Shown here piece by piece: positions 44,101 to 53,830 of a DNA stretch of 56,477 nucleotides. Source of the stretch: a virus (lineage: Duplodnaviria; Caudoviricetes). Position numbers and translations under genes: made by a program. The stretch spans positions 1 to 56,477 of the IMG/VR virus record IMGVR_UViG_3300043173_000175, one strand, 5' to 3'. Every line of letters begins with the position of its first letter. Position 1 is the first letter of the stretch. The notes under the pieces are model-generated. The model was not told the DNA's origin and searched no databases. It was given only the letters and a program-made list of their open reading frames with translations.

Positions 44101-46010
44101 TCGATCATCGCATCGGCAGATGGAAAGCCAAACATGCTCGCAGCGAGATCCGCGTCCATGCCGCCCTTGGCTGAGTACACGTACTTGCCCGGGTTTTCTT
44201 TGTTGCGAGGATTCGGCAGCGTGTCCATGAAGTCCTTGCCGTAGCGGGCAATAAGGTCAGCACGATCCAACTTAAACGGCTGCACATTGACGGCCTCGCC
44301 ATTGGGGAGCTGGCCTTTCTGCAGCATGGCGAGCGCGATGTAGACCGGCATCTGCTCAGCCTCAGCCCTGACCCCATCGGCGACCTTGGCGAGTTCAGAT
44401 TTCCACCATTGCTGCTGGCCCCAGTACATCGCCTTAATCATCTTCTTGGACTGGGTATCGACCTCGTCGTCGTGGGCCTCCTGGATCTGGCGCTTGTAGA
44501 CGTTGAACACCTCCTCAGACACGCCCATAGCATCGGCGGTCTGGTAGAGCTGCACGTACATCATCATGTCCTCGGACTGCTTGATGGCAGACTCGCTGGC
44601 CACCAGCCGATCGAACACACCACGAATGTCGTCGCTGAGCTGCTCCTCAGCACCGAGTAGCTGCCCGAGCACTTGGTAGACACGAGTGAGCCAGCCCTTG
44701 AAGGTCGAAAAGAGGGGCTGTAATTCAGCCGTAGGCGCCACGCCCTCACGCAAGTAAGCCTCGAATGCTCGAGCAAACTTCTCGTGATGCTCGGTTGTGA
44801 TCTCCTCGCGGCTGGTCACGCCGAGGTACTTCATCGTCTGGTTGAAGTCGTCAATCAGCTTGGTGTCGACGTCCTTAATCAGCACCAGATCGCCCATCAT
44901 CTCGAGGTACAGGTGAGCCGCCTCGTGCAGGAATGAGCTGAGATCCTTTGACTCAGACATGCGAATGATCGCGCCGGCCTCAGCTTGGAACGTGATCGAT
45001 GCGCGGCCACGATCTTGCCGTAAAGTGACTGGCCTGTTTTGATTAAGTTCTCGCTCGCCTACTTTCTTGCGAATTGCCGACTCTACAGTTTCATGCGTTC
45101 CGTCAGCAGCAGGCCAAATCCATACATTGCCATCAGCGTCAAGAGTCTGGCGCGTCAGTGGGTTTGCGTTTGGATCTAATCCGCGACTGTGAAAATCAGC
45201 CCTTATGGTTTTTCGGAACTTGAAGAGTTCTTGCTCAGAAGGGTTTTGCAAAATCACCAGTGACGATCCAGGTAGCGATAAGTTTTTCCCCCAATTAGCA
45301 ATGGTCAGCCTGTCACTTGGCAGCTTGGGGCCAGTGGCCTGCTCTTGGTAGAGCGTTTGCGGCTTGGCGCCAGAGAATATGGTATCGACTCGATCCTGCG
45401 CAGCTCGCACCTTTTCAACCAGATCCCGCATCTCAGTGCCGAGCGCCTTGCCCTTGGCTTTCTGCTTATGCCAGCTCTTGAGAACTTGTTTGATGGTGGT
45501 CCCTTGGACACCCAGGATGCCGCGCTTCAGGGCTGAGCTATACCGAACATCCATGAGAAGCTGACCGATGACCATTTCACGCTCGGTCTCGAGCAGGTTC
45601 TCCATCTCAAACATCCTGCCTTTACCAATGTTGGGCATACGCTCCAGCACCACCTTAATAATAGCGGTGTCGAGTAGCTGATCGTTTCCATGCAGATCGA
45701 CCAGCTCGTTGTTGATCTCTGCGATGCGCTCCTTCATGGGCTCAATCTCAGCCTGCAGCGCGAGGAGAGCCTTGGACTGGAACTTAACCAGATCAGTGAC
45801 AGGCTGTTCTACCGGCGCCAGTGTGGCTCCCTCCTTGCGGGCTCGGTCGGCAATGTCGATGATGTTCTTGTGCTCGAGCAGCAAGGCGCGGCGCACGGCC
45901 ATGTCATCGCTCAGGCCATCAGCCAGCGCCTTGTTGAGCACCTCGAGCTGGTCGTCAGTCAGCTTGGCGCCCGCTCGCTCCAGCTTTCGTAGGCAGTCGT
46001 TGAGAGCCAT
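41133..46010 (-). CDS. Large internal virion / ejection protein (polyvalent type)
   Basis: 1625 aa helical; DLSSFLHEAAH..L and HEKFARAFEAYLREG.AP..EL...F..F..WL motifs. Confidence 0.7.
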   Translation of the reverse strand: MALNDCLRKLERAGAKLTDDQLEVLNKALADGLSDDMAVRRALLLEHKNIIDIADRARKEGATLAPVEQPVTDLVKFQSKALLALQAEIEPMKERIAEINNELVDLHGNDQLLDTAIIKVVLERMPNIGKGRMFEMENLLETEREMVIGQLLMDVRYSSALKRGILGVQGTTIKQVLKSWHKQKAKGKALGTEMRDLVEKVRAAQDRVDTIFSGAKPQTLYQEQATGPKLPSDRLTIANWGKNLSLPGSSLVILQNPSEQELFKFRKTIRADFHSRGLDPNANPLTRQTLDADGNVWIWPAADGTHETVESAIRKKVGERELNQNRPVTLRQDRGRASITFQAEAGAIIRMSESKDLSSFLHEAAHLYLEMMGDLVLIKDVDTKLIDDFNQTMKYLGVTSREEITTEHHEKFARAFEAYLREGVAPTAELQPLFSTFKGWLTRVYQVLGQLLGAEEQLSDDIRGVFDRLVASESAIKQSEDMMMYVQLYQTADAMGVSEEVFNVYKRQIQEAHDDEVDTQSKKMIKAMYWGQQQWWKSELAKVADGVRAEAEQMPVYIALAMLQKGQLPNGEAVNVQPFKLDRADLIARYGKDFMDTLPNPRNKENPGKYVYSAKGGMDADLAASMFGFPSADAMIEALKGAPNMEAYIKAKANEIMQTNHPDPMNSPELIDDTTKAVHNQKRSQILGAELRALRRQQKEDAKIVKAVKDQTQREEREAIEANKGQLPKRENMASIKAAAAEAIGAMRIRDVNPNAYLQAEKKAGRLAFEAMKRKDFAEAYRQKRAQIMNFQAYRAAVKAKAQAARDLKYLRGFEKPKGKRRNRLRERMGKAGQLPQIDAVLENIDLAQRSLSDIDKAKLEDELIAGIEAGQIVTTPEVLRLLKGSTGMSWRDMTFQEFAGVRDVVKQLEHQARTDLKAIINGEEVIIQDAVDAVAGSIVENNVARPAPRKGETGWDIFKRGSREGVGHWLRSSSIARVLDKAGFGAVTRYIIVPIRRAYVEKLIPRQQQAGKDIAEIYQEHYNNEELTKLGKPIADVMGEQMSKADILAMALNWGSESNRSALLGGVLTDAQGNQTPAYTQEGVAQGLNNMEKRDWAFVQAMWRYEDSYYAELAETEIRRRGVAPTKIEGMTFEVKTSDGETIIVEGGYHPLQYDSRHSGKLGNTEAEFQKYYDKMMSGGYLSANTRAGATFERVENHGRVVRLSLSTVDHNLRELIRDMTLGDEVKLVNRILNSKEVGDAARGTNNKEMLDELKLWLSDAAVGELPAQSIVEKSLSWTRVGFTKSKLAFNIYVTALQLTGIFQSMAVIGKVAYARGFGKFLRDPVGNYKMVMERSKFMEARYGILQTWDKDVSDTAGYLNSVFGPAPTKFKQGVELMGHYYFYPIAKMQSVVDVTTWMGAYEAALNDPNVANDEQAIYAADAAVENSQTSGLFSDRSGIERGTLGTRTRQGQFVRLWTTLISYMLAKGNIAYEKGVRTDFKDPKQVVNFGTDMLLLFMVEGIASSILYDRWPGDEDEDETWVGWTVDVTIDSMLSGIPMIREYSAAKYGSGNTPVGAVVKDAFEFIRQAEQGEMDEALTKAAVKVTGTLFHLPASQPNRAVEALFEEDGAEWYEWFLGVNEDR

Positions 46011-46201
46011 TAGCGTCTTGTCTCCAGGAAGGCGATGATGATAGCCATTATCATCTCATCCTCGTCCATGATCTGCTTGCGCCTGCCCATGCCCGGAGGG
46101 TGTACTTGCTCCTCCTCGATCGGCACTACGGCCAGCCGGCCATAGTGACTCGAGCCGTAGTGGCTCGGGCCGTAATGAGCGCTGAGGTAGTGGCTGCTCA
46201 C
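46010..46201 (-). CDS. Small protein with HY repeats
   Basis: SSHYLSAHYGPSHYGSSHYG; ends DEDE.I..II. Confidence 0.55.
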   Translation of the reverse strand: MSSHYLSAHYGPSHYGSSHYGRLAVVPIEEEQVHPPGMGRRKQIMDEDEMIMAIIIAFLETRR

Positions 46202-47487
46202 GAGCTGTCAACCGCTGAGATGTCGCGACCGCTGTTTGCAGAGTCATCGCCAGTGATGCGGTTAATCGTGCCGTCTGCAGACTTGATGACGTAGCTGCCA
46301 TCAGGCTGCTGCACAACAGTCCCAGCCGCCGCGGCCCGCAGCAGCTTAGCCTGATCGCCGAAGGTCTCGCCGTTCTCGAGGACATGAGAGAACACAAGAT
46401 TATGGTCGACAGCATCGGTGTCGACCGTAGTGCCTACCGAATTGTCGGTTATCAGGCAGCTTCCATGGAGGATGATATTGCCAGCGGTGCAGCTTGCGTC
46501 AATTTCAATGTGGCCACCACCGTCGAAGGTGATATGCAGGGTGTCGTCGACATGATCCATGTTCTTAATCAGGTAGTCGCCGCTACACTTCTCGACCGAG
46601 ATTACTGATGCGGCACCACCAAGCGACAGATCCAGCGTTATCAGAGCGTCACCGACAAACGGAATCAGCTCATCGAGTAGCGAGGTAGTTCCGTCCTTGA
46701 ATGCTATGAATCCAACACCGCCGACGACCAGCGCAGCGCCACTGAAGTCAGTCAGGTTTGTGAACTGACACTCAAAGGCCTTGAATGTCCCGCCATCGCC
46801 CTGGGTGCCGGTTGCATTCAGCAGCCGCAGGGTCGAGCCGTCCATGATCTGATCGTTCAGGTCAAGCTCAGGCAAGCCACCGATGCCGATGATCTCGAAG
46901 TTTTTGAGCTGGCGATCGACAACAGCATCGGCCTCGAGGTAGAGAGTCTGCAGACCATTGGCCTCAGCATCATCCACCGCGTCAGTGAAATTGTCGTAAG
47001 GCGTTTGCTGGTAGCCGTCGCCGTTGACCAGCGCCTCAGTGTTGATGAATACGCCACGGCGAATCTGGCCATGGATGTCAGCAAGCTGGGCCTGTTCACC
47101 TACCGACAGGCCGGATCCAACGGACACGATCTGCAGGCCAGCAGAGTTACTGGGCACCACCGAAACGCCAGTGACAATCAAGACGTCGACAAGGTCGTTG
47201 TTCGAGCCCAGTAGGTCGACGCGAGTAGCAACGCCAGAGAACTGTATCGTGTAGCCATTGATGACATCATCGAAGGGCGCGTAATCAACGCCAGCAAAGT
47301 CAAAGCGAGTATTGGAATGATCGACAATAGCAGGAGCCCACAGTCCCTCCGTGGGCTCCCATTCCAGCCGCCGTATCTCGGCCAGAAAATCTGCCATGTC
47401 AAGGGAGTAGCGAGTACCGCTGACCAGCGTGAGATCTGCGGTCGGTATCGTTACTTCCTTGGCGATCCAATCGACACTGTATGACAC
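46198..47487 (-). CDS. Acidic beta-rich structural protein
   Basis: 429 aa. Confidence 0.55.
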   Translation of the reverse strand: MSYSVDWIAKEVTIPTADLTLVSGTRYSLDMADFLAEIRRLEWEPTEGLWAPAIVDHSNTRFDFAGVDYAPFDDVINGYTIQFSGVATRVDLLGSNNDLVDVLIVTGVSVVPSNSAGLQIVSVGSGLSVGEQAQLADIHGQIRRGVFINTEALVNGDGYQQTPYDNFTDAVDDAEANGLQTLYLEADAVVDRQLKNFEIIGIGGLPELDLNDQIMDGSTLRLLNATGTQGDGGTFKAFECQFTNLTDFSGAALVVGGVGFIAFKDGTTSLLDELIPFVGDALITLDLSLGGAASVISVEKCSGDYLIKNMDHVDDTLHITFDGGGHIEIDASCTAGNIILHGSCLITDNSVGTTVDTDAVDHNLVFSHVLENGETFGDQAKLLRAAAAGTVVQQPDGSYVIKSADGTINRITGDDSANSGRDISAVDSS

Positions 47488-47490
47488 ACC

Positions 47491-49224
47491 TTAAACCTCG
47501 GCCTCTACCGTGCCTGAGAAGCTAAAGCCAGCCGCGCCAATCGTCCCAGAGATCGGGATGATCTTATCGACACCGGAGGCATCGCCGTGCCTGACCCAAC
47601 CGCGAACATCGATAGGTGAGCTAAAGATCAGGGTGTTGGAGAACGTCTTGGTGGTGCCGCCGCCGACCATGCTGTCATACATGATGGCGTGGAAACCCGC
47701 ATCGCCCGCGGTGATCGCATCGTCAGTAACCGTGCCGACCAAGTTGAACGTGTCAGTGCCGCTGTCCCATGAGCTGTACTCGTAGAATTTGCGAGTCGAG
47801 GTGCCAGTTTTCAGCACACCGAACCAGCCAGTTTGCGGCGTATCCGCTGCAATCACTTCGTTGACGCGGATCTCTGCCGAGGTGACGATCTCGCCGACAC
47901 AGGTGTAGACCGTGTAGTCAGGAGCCTCGAGGGCGCCGTCCTTGGTGGCGAGGAACACATGCAGATCATCAGCAGCATCAAGTGCCAAGATTGAGCCTGA
48001 AACACTGACAAAGTTAGGTGGCTGAACAGGAGTGCCGTCCAAGTCGATAAAGGAATCCACCGACCCGACCTCGCCCGGATCAAAGCCAATACCAAAGGCT
48101 CCGATCCATGCGCCAGTGAACTGCGCCAGATGCTCAGGCTTGGTGGTCAGCTTATCGACCGTGCCAGTCACCGTGCCAATCGCGCCGCCGAGGCCGGTAA
48201 TGGTATCGGTAGCGACAGGCGGTACGCCGGCGCCCATGTGCAGGATCAGTCTGACAGTGGCACCGCCAGTCAGCGTATCAACACCAACAAGATTGCCGTT
48301 GCCTGTGACCCAATCGACAGTCTCATTCTGAGCCCATGTTCCGCTACGTGGTGTCGTAATCGCCATGTCGAACAAGCGGCCAGTCCAGAGATCGCCGTCA
48401 ACGCCGTAGAGAGTGTCAGTGGTGCCGTCAACCAGCATGACCTTCACAAACTCGTACAGGTGTTTCTTGGTGGCCTGTGGGGCAAACGACCATGCGCCGA
48501 GGTACGGCTTGTCGCCATTGCCATCGAGATCGAGCAGGTTGTAACCCTCTGACGGAGTGATGCCGTAAGCCTCGACCGTCGCCTGCACCGAGGTATTCTG
48601 CGGATCATCTGAGGTCGTGATCGATGCTACCGCCTCACCAAGGGCCAGCGTGGTTTCCCAGATCGCATAGGTTTCGAGCCATGTGCTCGCTTTCACGACG
48701 ATGCGCAGGCCATCGGTATCAGTGCCGCCCGACCGTCCCTTGACCATGATGCGCAGCAATGTATTGGCATCTGTCTGGTTCTTGCCGTTGCCCCAGTGCG
48801 AAGTCAGCTCGACCTCGTTCTGAATGATCTTGATAGGCAGGGGTATCGAGGTCGTACCCAGCACGATCAGGCCATGGTAGATGTCCTCGCCATTGTTCTG
48901 CGAGACCGAGCCGCCAAAGTGAGACTCCATGACGAGATCCGTCACGGTGTAGTTCACGCTGTAGTCCGTGGTGTGATCGTTGAGCGTGACGATCTTGCCC
49001 AGGGCCTCCTCCTTGGAAGGATTCGGGAACGACAGATTGATCTCGTCATCGCCCGAGATAATGAAATCCCATGCGATTTTCTGCAGCGATCTGTTGATCC
49101 ACTTCACATGGAAGGTATCGGTGCCTGACACAAACGTAATCGAGCCATCAGCCGCCACCTTGAATTGAGACAACCACGCCGCTATTGCTGTGGCGCTGTC
49201 TGCATCTGTGTCATAAATGGTCAT
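47491..49224 (-). CDS. Acidic beta-rich structural protein
   Basis: 577 aa, T/G/D-rich. Confidence 0.55.
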   Translation of the reverse strand: MTIYDTDADSATAIAAWLSQFKVAADGSITFVSGTDTFHVKWINRSLQKIAWDFIISGDDEINLSFPNPSKEEALGKIVTLNDHTTDYSVNYTVTDLVMESHFGGSVSQNNGEDIYHGLIVLGTTSIPLPIKIIQNEVELTSHWGNGKNQTDANTLLRIMVKGRSGGTDTDGLRIVVKASTWLETYAIWETTLALGEAVASITTSDDPQNTSVQATVEAYGITPSEGYNLLDLDGNGDKPYLGAWSFAPQATKKHLYEFVKVMLVDGTTDTLYGVDGDLWTGRLFDMAITTPRSGTWAQNETVDWVTGNGNLVGVDTLTGGATVRLILHMGAGVPPVATDTITGLGGAIGTVTGTVDKLTTKPEHLAQFTGAWIGAFGIGFDPGEVGSVDSFIDLDGTPVQPPNFVSVSGSILALDAADDLHVFLATKDGALEAPDYTVYTCVGEIVTSAEIRVNEVIAADTPQTGWFGVLKTGTSTRKFYEYSSWDSGTDTFNLVGTVTDDAITAGDAGFHAIMYDSMVGGGTTKTFSNTLIFSSPIDVRGWVRHGDASGVDKIIPISGTIGAAGFSFSGTVEAEV

Positions 49225-49234
49225 TTTCTCGTCC

Positions 49235-50845
49235 CTAAGTTATTGGTCTCAGTGAGACCTGCAAATTGAGCCCAGCGCTCGTTATCTGTCCTGAGATGTC
49301 CTCAGGGTGATAGTCCTGTCCGGTTTCATCCATTTCCCTCGCCCAGCCAACAACATCAGTGTCGCCGGGATAGGCGATGTTGTCATTGACCTCGCCCTGC
49401 GCATCGCAATCAGCCTCGAAATAGACCGTGCCGGTATCCCCATCCTTGTGCAGGTATACGCGGGCATCAGCCAGTGGCGATCCGGTGTCCTTGTCGAGGA
49501 CTGTGACCTTGATCGGAACGGTGTCGAATACCAGAACAACCGTGAGCCCGACCGGCGCATCGATGCCGATGTTCGATGCAGAGGCCGCAGCCTCATCTGC
49601 AAAGCATCCGGTCATGCTGACCGTGATCGAGCCACTTGTGGCATCGAACCTGAGCGTCGATCCGTCGACATCATCCGTCCCAGAGAAGCCATTGAAGTTG
49701 ATGCCACTCAGGGAGATGTCGTCATCGACATTGACGCCGAATCGAATCGCGTGATGCGCGTTCGCGCCCTGAGAGAAAATGCAATCGTTCAGCTCGGTGA
49801 TATTTGTCGCGGCAGTCGTGGTGCGATCGTCAAATACCGCACCCTCGTCAGCGGCCACTGAAGGCGTCAGGATGCTCGAGCCAGAGATGTCACCCTCGCC
49901 CAGTATGATCTGGTCGCACAGCGTCCATTTGCTGTTGGTCATTGCCCCAGCGCTATTGAGTGTCGTTGTCGACGCGCCAGCGAATGCACAGGCATCGCCA
50001 GTGAATGTGCCAACGTCGAGCGTCAGCAGGAATGGCGATGTCGGGCCCAGGGCCGAGATGAGAACGGTATTCCAGACCACGACTGAGGAGGCGTTCCTGA
50101 TCTCAAACTCATTGAATCCAGCCGGCACGAACAGATCATCGAGTACCGAGATGACCACATCTGAGTCCTCGAAGTTGCAAGCCGTGGCAACCGTACCCAT
50201 GACGAATGCGCCATGCTGCTGGTAGCCACCAGCCACCTCGTAGAACAGACCCCAGCGAGGCGTCAGGCCTCCGGCAGCAGCCCCCGCAAATGTACCAGCC
50301 GCTACTGTGAATCCCTCGATGATCTGCAGCTCACGCCCGTAGTACGAGATGTCGATGCCGTTCGGGTTGCCCTTCAGAGCGCCGGTTCCCAGCATCTTCC
50401 ACTGAATGCCGATGAACGAGGTATCTGCTGGAGTTTCGTCGACCGTGGGCGCCACTTCTGGATCGATTGCATAGTTGCGCCAGCCGGCCAGATCCGAGCC
50501 ATCAGAGTTATTGCCGTCGATATACCACTGGTTGTAGACGCTCAAAGACTCTCCAAGGAGAAACTGCACACCGCCATTGGCAACCGTGTCCATCAGATTA
50601 CGGTTATTCTGCTTAGTCCAAATGAATACAGCGTCACCAGAGGGAATGACCAGTGTCACCTCGTCGTGCATGATGCCCTTGGTGTCAGCCGTAAAACCTG
50701 CCTTGCTGACGCACTGAGTCCCCTCGATAAAGTAGTCGGTCTCGTCAGCCAGACCCGCCTGACCACCACCTAATGCGTCCCAAAGACCAACATCCTCGGC
50801 GTCGTCGATCAGTGACAGGTCAGTGCCGTATTCCGCTGTAGCCAT
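49235..50845 (-). CDS. Acidic beta-rich (possible beta-helix) structural protein
   Basis: 536 aa; C-terminal V.V.D..TG.P...ARV motif. Confidence 0.55.
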   Translation of the reverse strand: MATAEYGTDLSLIDDAEDVGLWDALGGGQAGLADETDYFIEGTQCVSKAGFTADTKGIMHDEVTLVIPSGDAVFIWTKQNNRNLMDTVANGGVQFLLGESLSVYNQWYIDGNNSDGSDLAGWRNYAIDPEVAPTVDETPADTSFIGIQWKMLGTGALKGNPNGIDISYYGRELQIIEGFTVAAGTFAGAAAGGLTPRWGLFYEVAGGYQQHGAFVMGTVATACNFEDSDVVISVLDDLFVPAGFNEFEIRNASSVVVWNTVLISALGPTSPFLLTLDVGTFTGDACAFAGASTTTLNSAGAMTNSKWTLCDQIILGEGDISGSSILTPSVAADEGAVFDDRTTTAATNITELNDCIFSQGANAHHAIRFGVNVDDDISLSGINFNGFSGTDDVDGSTLRFDATSGSITVSMTGCFADEAAASASNIGIDAPVGLTVVLVFDTVPIKVTVLDKDTGSPLADARVYLHKDGDTGTVYFEADCDAQGEVNDNIAYPGDTDVVGWAREMDETGQDYHPEDISGQITSAGLNLQVSLRPIT

Positions 50846-51243
50846 TAGTGCCTCGTCGGTTCAATCGGTGTTGCGATAACCTTAGCCATCGGCGAGTGCT
50901 CACCCGGGCCATTGCGCTGTATGTCAAATTCCCACGCCACCATCCTGTTTTCCTGCAGCTCAGCGAGGATCGCTACCAGCGGGCTGAAATCGACCGGCGA
51001 CACCTTAGGTGTCGATCCCCGGGAGTTCTCGCGCATGGTTTTTTGCATCGTGGCCAGCACCTCGAGCTGCACCTGAGAGCGGGCCAGATCAGCCTGAGTC
51101 TCTGTGGCCCTCAGGGAGATCAGCTCGTTTAATTTGTCGATCAGCTCGCCAAATCGCGCAATGTTGTGGGTCTCAGGGTCGTACTCAACGGAGCCGATCC
51201 GCTTCAATTCAGCTAATTCTGCCGCTGTGAGCTTCTTAACCAT
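50845..51243 (-). CDS. Hypothetical protein
   Basis: 132 aa; WEFDI.R...G C-terminal motif. Confidence 0.55.
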   Translation of the reverse strand: MVKKLTAAELAELKRIGSVEYDPETHNIARFGELIDKLNELISLRATETQADLARSQVQLEVLATMQKTMRENSRGSTPKVSPVDFSPLVAILAELQENRMVAWEFDIQRNGPGEHSPMAKVIATPIEPTRH

Positions 51244-53830
51244 TCACACAATCCAGTAGTCGTTTCAATACGTTACGGCGTTCTATGGCGTTATCGTAGG
51301 CCTTTTGAGCATTTACCTTGACCGTTCCTGTCTTGCCGTCCTCGTCGATAAATTTATCAGTAAATGTGACCGAGGTGAAATCCTGCTCATCGCGCAGCCT
51401 GGGCATCTTGCGTAATGCCTGCCAATAGACAGTCGGATCCTCGCGGATAGCGATGGCAAGCAGCCGCGTGTAAGCCTCCAGATCTGACATGCTGGACTGG
51501 TCGAGCGTCTTGATGCCGTCGATCGCATCCCTGACTTCGGCATTCGTCATCTCGCTGAGGTCCATACCCTCGGTATCAAACCACTGGGCCGCCTGCTCCA
51601 TCTTCGCCCGCAGCTCGTCGAGCTGAGTATTGACGATCGCATCCCGGCTGAATACCTGATCGCCACCAAGTTCGCGGTCAATGGCCTCCATGAGTAAATT
51701 CTGATCGTGAGCGGTGATATAGCCTTGCTCGAATGCGATCTCGGCGATCGCATCCATGGTCTTGCCTTTCTTGGAGATGACGCCAACAAACTGCCTGCCG
51801 AAGTCTCGGGCTGACAGCTCGCCGCCTTGATCTTGGATGCCACCAGACTCACGAATCATGTCGATCAGGCTGTCACCGAAGATGTCGCTGTACTTCGGGA
51901 AATCCATTGCCCGGATCCGTTCGATCAGGGGATCGATCTCCATGTCGACGTCGCGGCCAGCCAGAGCTGCAGGAACCTCAGCCCGAATGCCAGCCAGAGT
52001 CTCCTCGTGGAGTTCTACCGGATCTTTGCCGGCTTGCTGGGCCTTATTGATGATGACCAGCGAGTGCAGCTTGGCCATCTTCTGAGCCGCCGCCTCGTTG
52101 TACTTGCCCTCACCCATGAGCATTCCGAGCGTGTCCTTTTCGATCTTCTCCTGAGCGGTGCGATCCACCTCGAGGCCAATGGCGGCCTCGACCTCAGCAA
52201 TGTGCATATCCTTGTTCTTATGCCACTCCTCAGCCTCGCGCTGCGTAGCCTCTTCAGCATGGACCCGCATGTCAGGGATCAGGCCATTGTGGTGCTCGGT
52301 CGCGGCAATCTGTTCGGCATAAGCATTGATCGGGATGATGACGTCAGTCTCGAGCGCTCCCTCCTCAGGGATCTTGACGCCCAACTTCTCAGCCACCTTG
52401 TTCGGATCCATTTGTTTGCTCTGCCAGTATTTTTTGAAGCCCTCACCGTCAATGCGGATCTCTTTGACATCACCGCTCTCGGTCAGATGATCGAGCCATT
52501 CTTTCCACTTGGCCGGCACCTCTTCGCGAACCTTTGATTCCTTGGTGTAGTTGCCCAGAGCCTTGAACATGGCAACCTGCTCGTTCGCCGCTGCAGCTCG
52601 ACGCGAATCGACATAGAAATTGTACGTGGGGCCAGCGCCAGCAATTATCGCTGCGCCCTGCAAAGTCTCGAGTGCGATGTCGACCCACATTTCTTGCCAC
52701 TCGTCCCAAGCCATCGGCTGCATCTGAGGACGATCGTCACCGGCAGCCCGTTGCTGGCTCTTGAGGTACTCACCAGCCAGCGAGTTCGTGGTCTCCTGCA
52801 GTACCTCAGTCAAAACCTCCGTGCCCAGAGCCTCACCATAGCGGGCCGCATACTGACGCGCCGCTGTACGCATGGTAGGTCGGCTGAGGGCCGCTGCGAC
52901 AAGCTGGCGGGACGCTACGCCATTGATCGACCGGAACCCCGGCATGTACTTCGTGATTTTGTTGAACCCGGTCATCTCGAGGATAGCGTTCACGCTGCCA
53001 ACGACATTGGCCATGTCACGAGCCTCCTTTTCAGGAATGCCCATATCGAGGAACTGACCGTAAGCCAGACCACGCTCCAGCCTGAAGGCTGCATCACCAG
53101 CACCGACGAGCATACCGTGGCCAGCGCCCATTAGCATGGAGGGAATTATCGAAGGTGCAGCCACGCCACCAGTAGAAACAGTAGCACCCATCGCTACAGT
53201 GCCATACGCCAGCGCACCAAGGGCCGCCTCGTCGATGCCCTCCTTTATCGTGTAGAACGTGGTCGGCATCATCTTCCAGTTCTTGACGAGGAACTTGGCA
53301 AAACCACCGGAAGCGCCAAATTCGTGCGCCACCTGTAGCTGCTCCAGCTCCTCCATCAGGCTTTTCTCTTCTGGCGTTAGATCACCACCCTCAGCGCGGA
53401 GCGACATCGCACGAGATTGCAGGTTGCCCAGCTCAGTCATGGCCCAGCCAGACTCCCAGCCGAGGCCCATGGCGGTCAACGTGCGCTCGACGCCGCTCAT
53501 ATTTTTTTGATCTTCCTCCAGGACAGAGAGGTGATATTTGTTTTTCGAGGCAAACTCAGTCCACAACGGGCTCTCAGCCAGATAGTTGTCGTAGTTGAAT
53601 TTGTCGGTTTTGACCTTGGCCTCGAGGCTCTCGAGATCCGCGTCAATAACCTCCTCGGGCAGCCCAGTGAAGGCCGCAACACCAGCAATACGTCTACCAC
53701 GGCCAGCGTCGAGCTGCATGGCATTGGCGAGTGTCAGGCGATAGCGCTGCTCACGATCCTTTTGCTCACGATTCCACTTGCTCTCGTAGAGGAGGCCGCT
53801 CTCTTCCGGTAATGTCTGCTCGTCTGGCAC
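51236..53830 (-). CDS. Internal virion protein
   Basis: 864 aa with Gly/Ala hydrophobic stretch and E..TE..QE motif typical of ejection proteins. Confidence 0.65.
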   Translation of the reverse strand: MPDEQTLPEESGLLYESKWNREQKDREQRYRLTLANAMQLDAGRGRRIAGVAAFTGLPEEVIDADLESLEAKVKTDKFNYDNYLAESPLWTEFASKNKYHLSVLEEDQKNMSGVERTLTAMGLGWESGWAMTELGNLQSRAMSLRAEGGDLTPEEKSLMEELEQLQVAHEFGASGGFAKFLVKNWKMMPTTFYTIKEGIDEAALGALAYGTVAMGATVSTGGVAAPSIIPSMLMGAGHGMLVGAGDAAFRLERGLAYGQFLDMGIPEKEARDMANVVGSVNAILEMTGFNKITKYMPGFRSINGVASRQLVAAALSRPTMRTAARQYAARYGEALGTEVLTEVLQETTNSLAGEYLKSQQRAAGDDRPQMQPMAWDEWQEMWVDIALETLQGAAIIAGAGPTYNFYVDSRRAAAANEQVAMFKALGNYTKESKVREEVPAKWKEWLDHLTESGDVKEIRIDGEGFKKYWQSKQMDPNKVAEKLGVKIPEEGALETDVIIPINAYAEQIAATEHHNGLIPDMRVHAEEATQREAEEWHKNKDMHIAEVEAAIGLEVDRTAQEKIEKDTLGMLMGEGKYNEAAAQKMAKLHSLVIINKAQQAGKDPVELHEETLAGIRAEVPAALAGRDVDMEIDPLIERIRAMDFPKYSDIFGDSLIDMIRESGGIQDQGGELSARDFGRQFVGVISKKGKTMDAIAEIAFEQGYITAHDQNLLMEAIDRELGGDQVFSRDAIVNTQLDELRAKMEQAAQWFDTEGMDLSEMTNAEVRDAIDGIKTLDQSSMSDLEAYTRLLAIAIREDPTVYWQALRKMPRLRDEQDFTSVTFTDKFIDEDGKTGTVKVNAQKAYDNAIERRNVLKRLLDCVNG

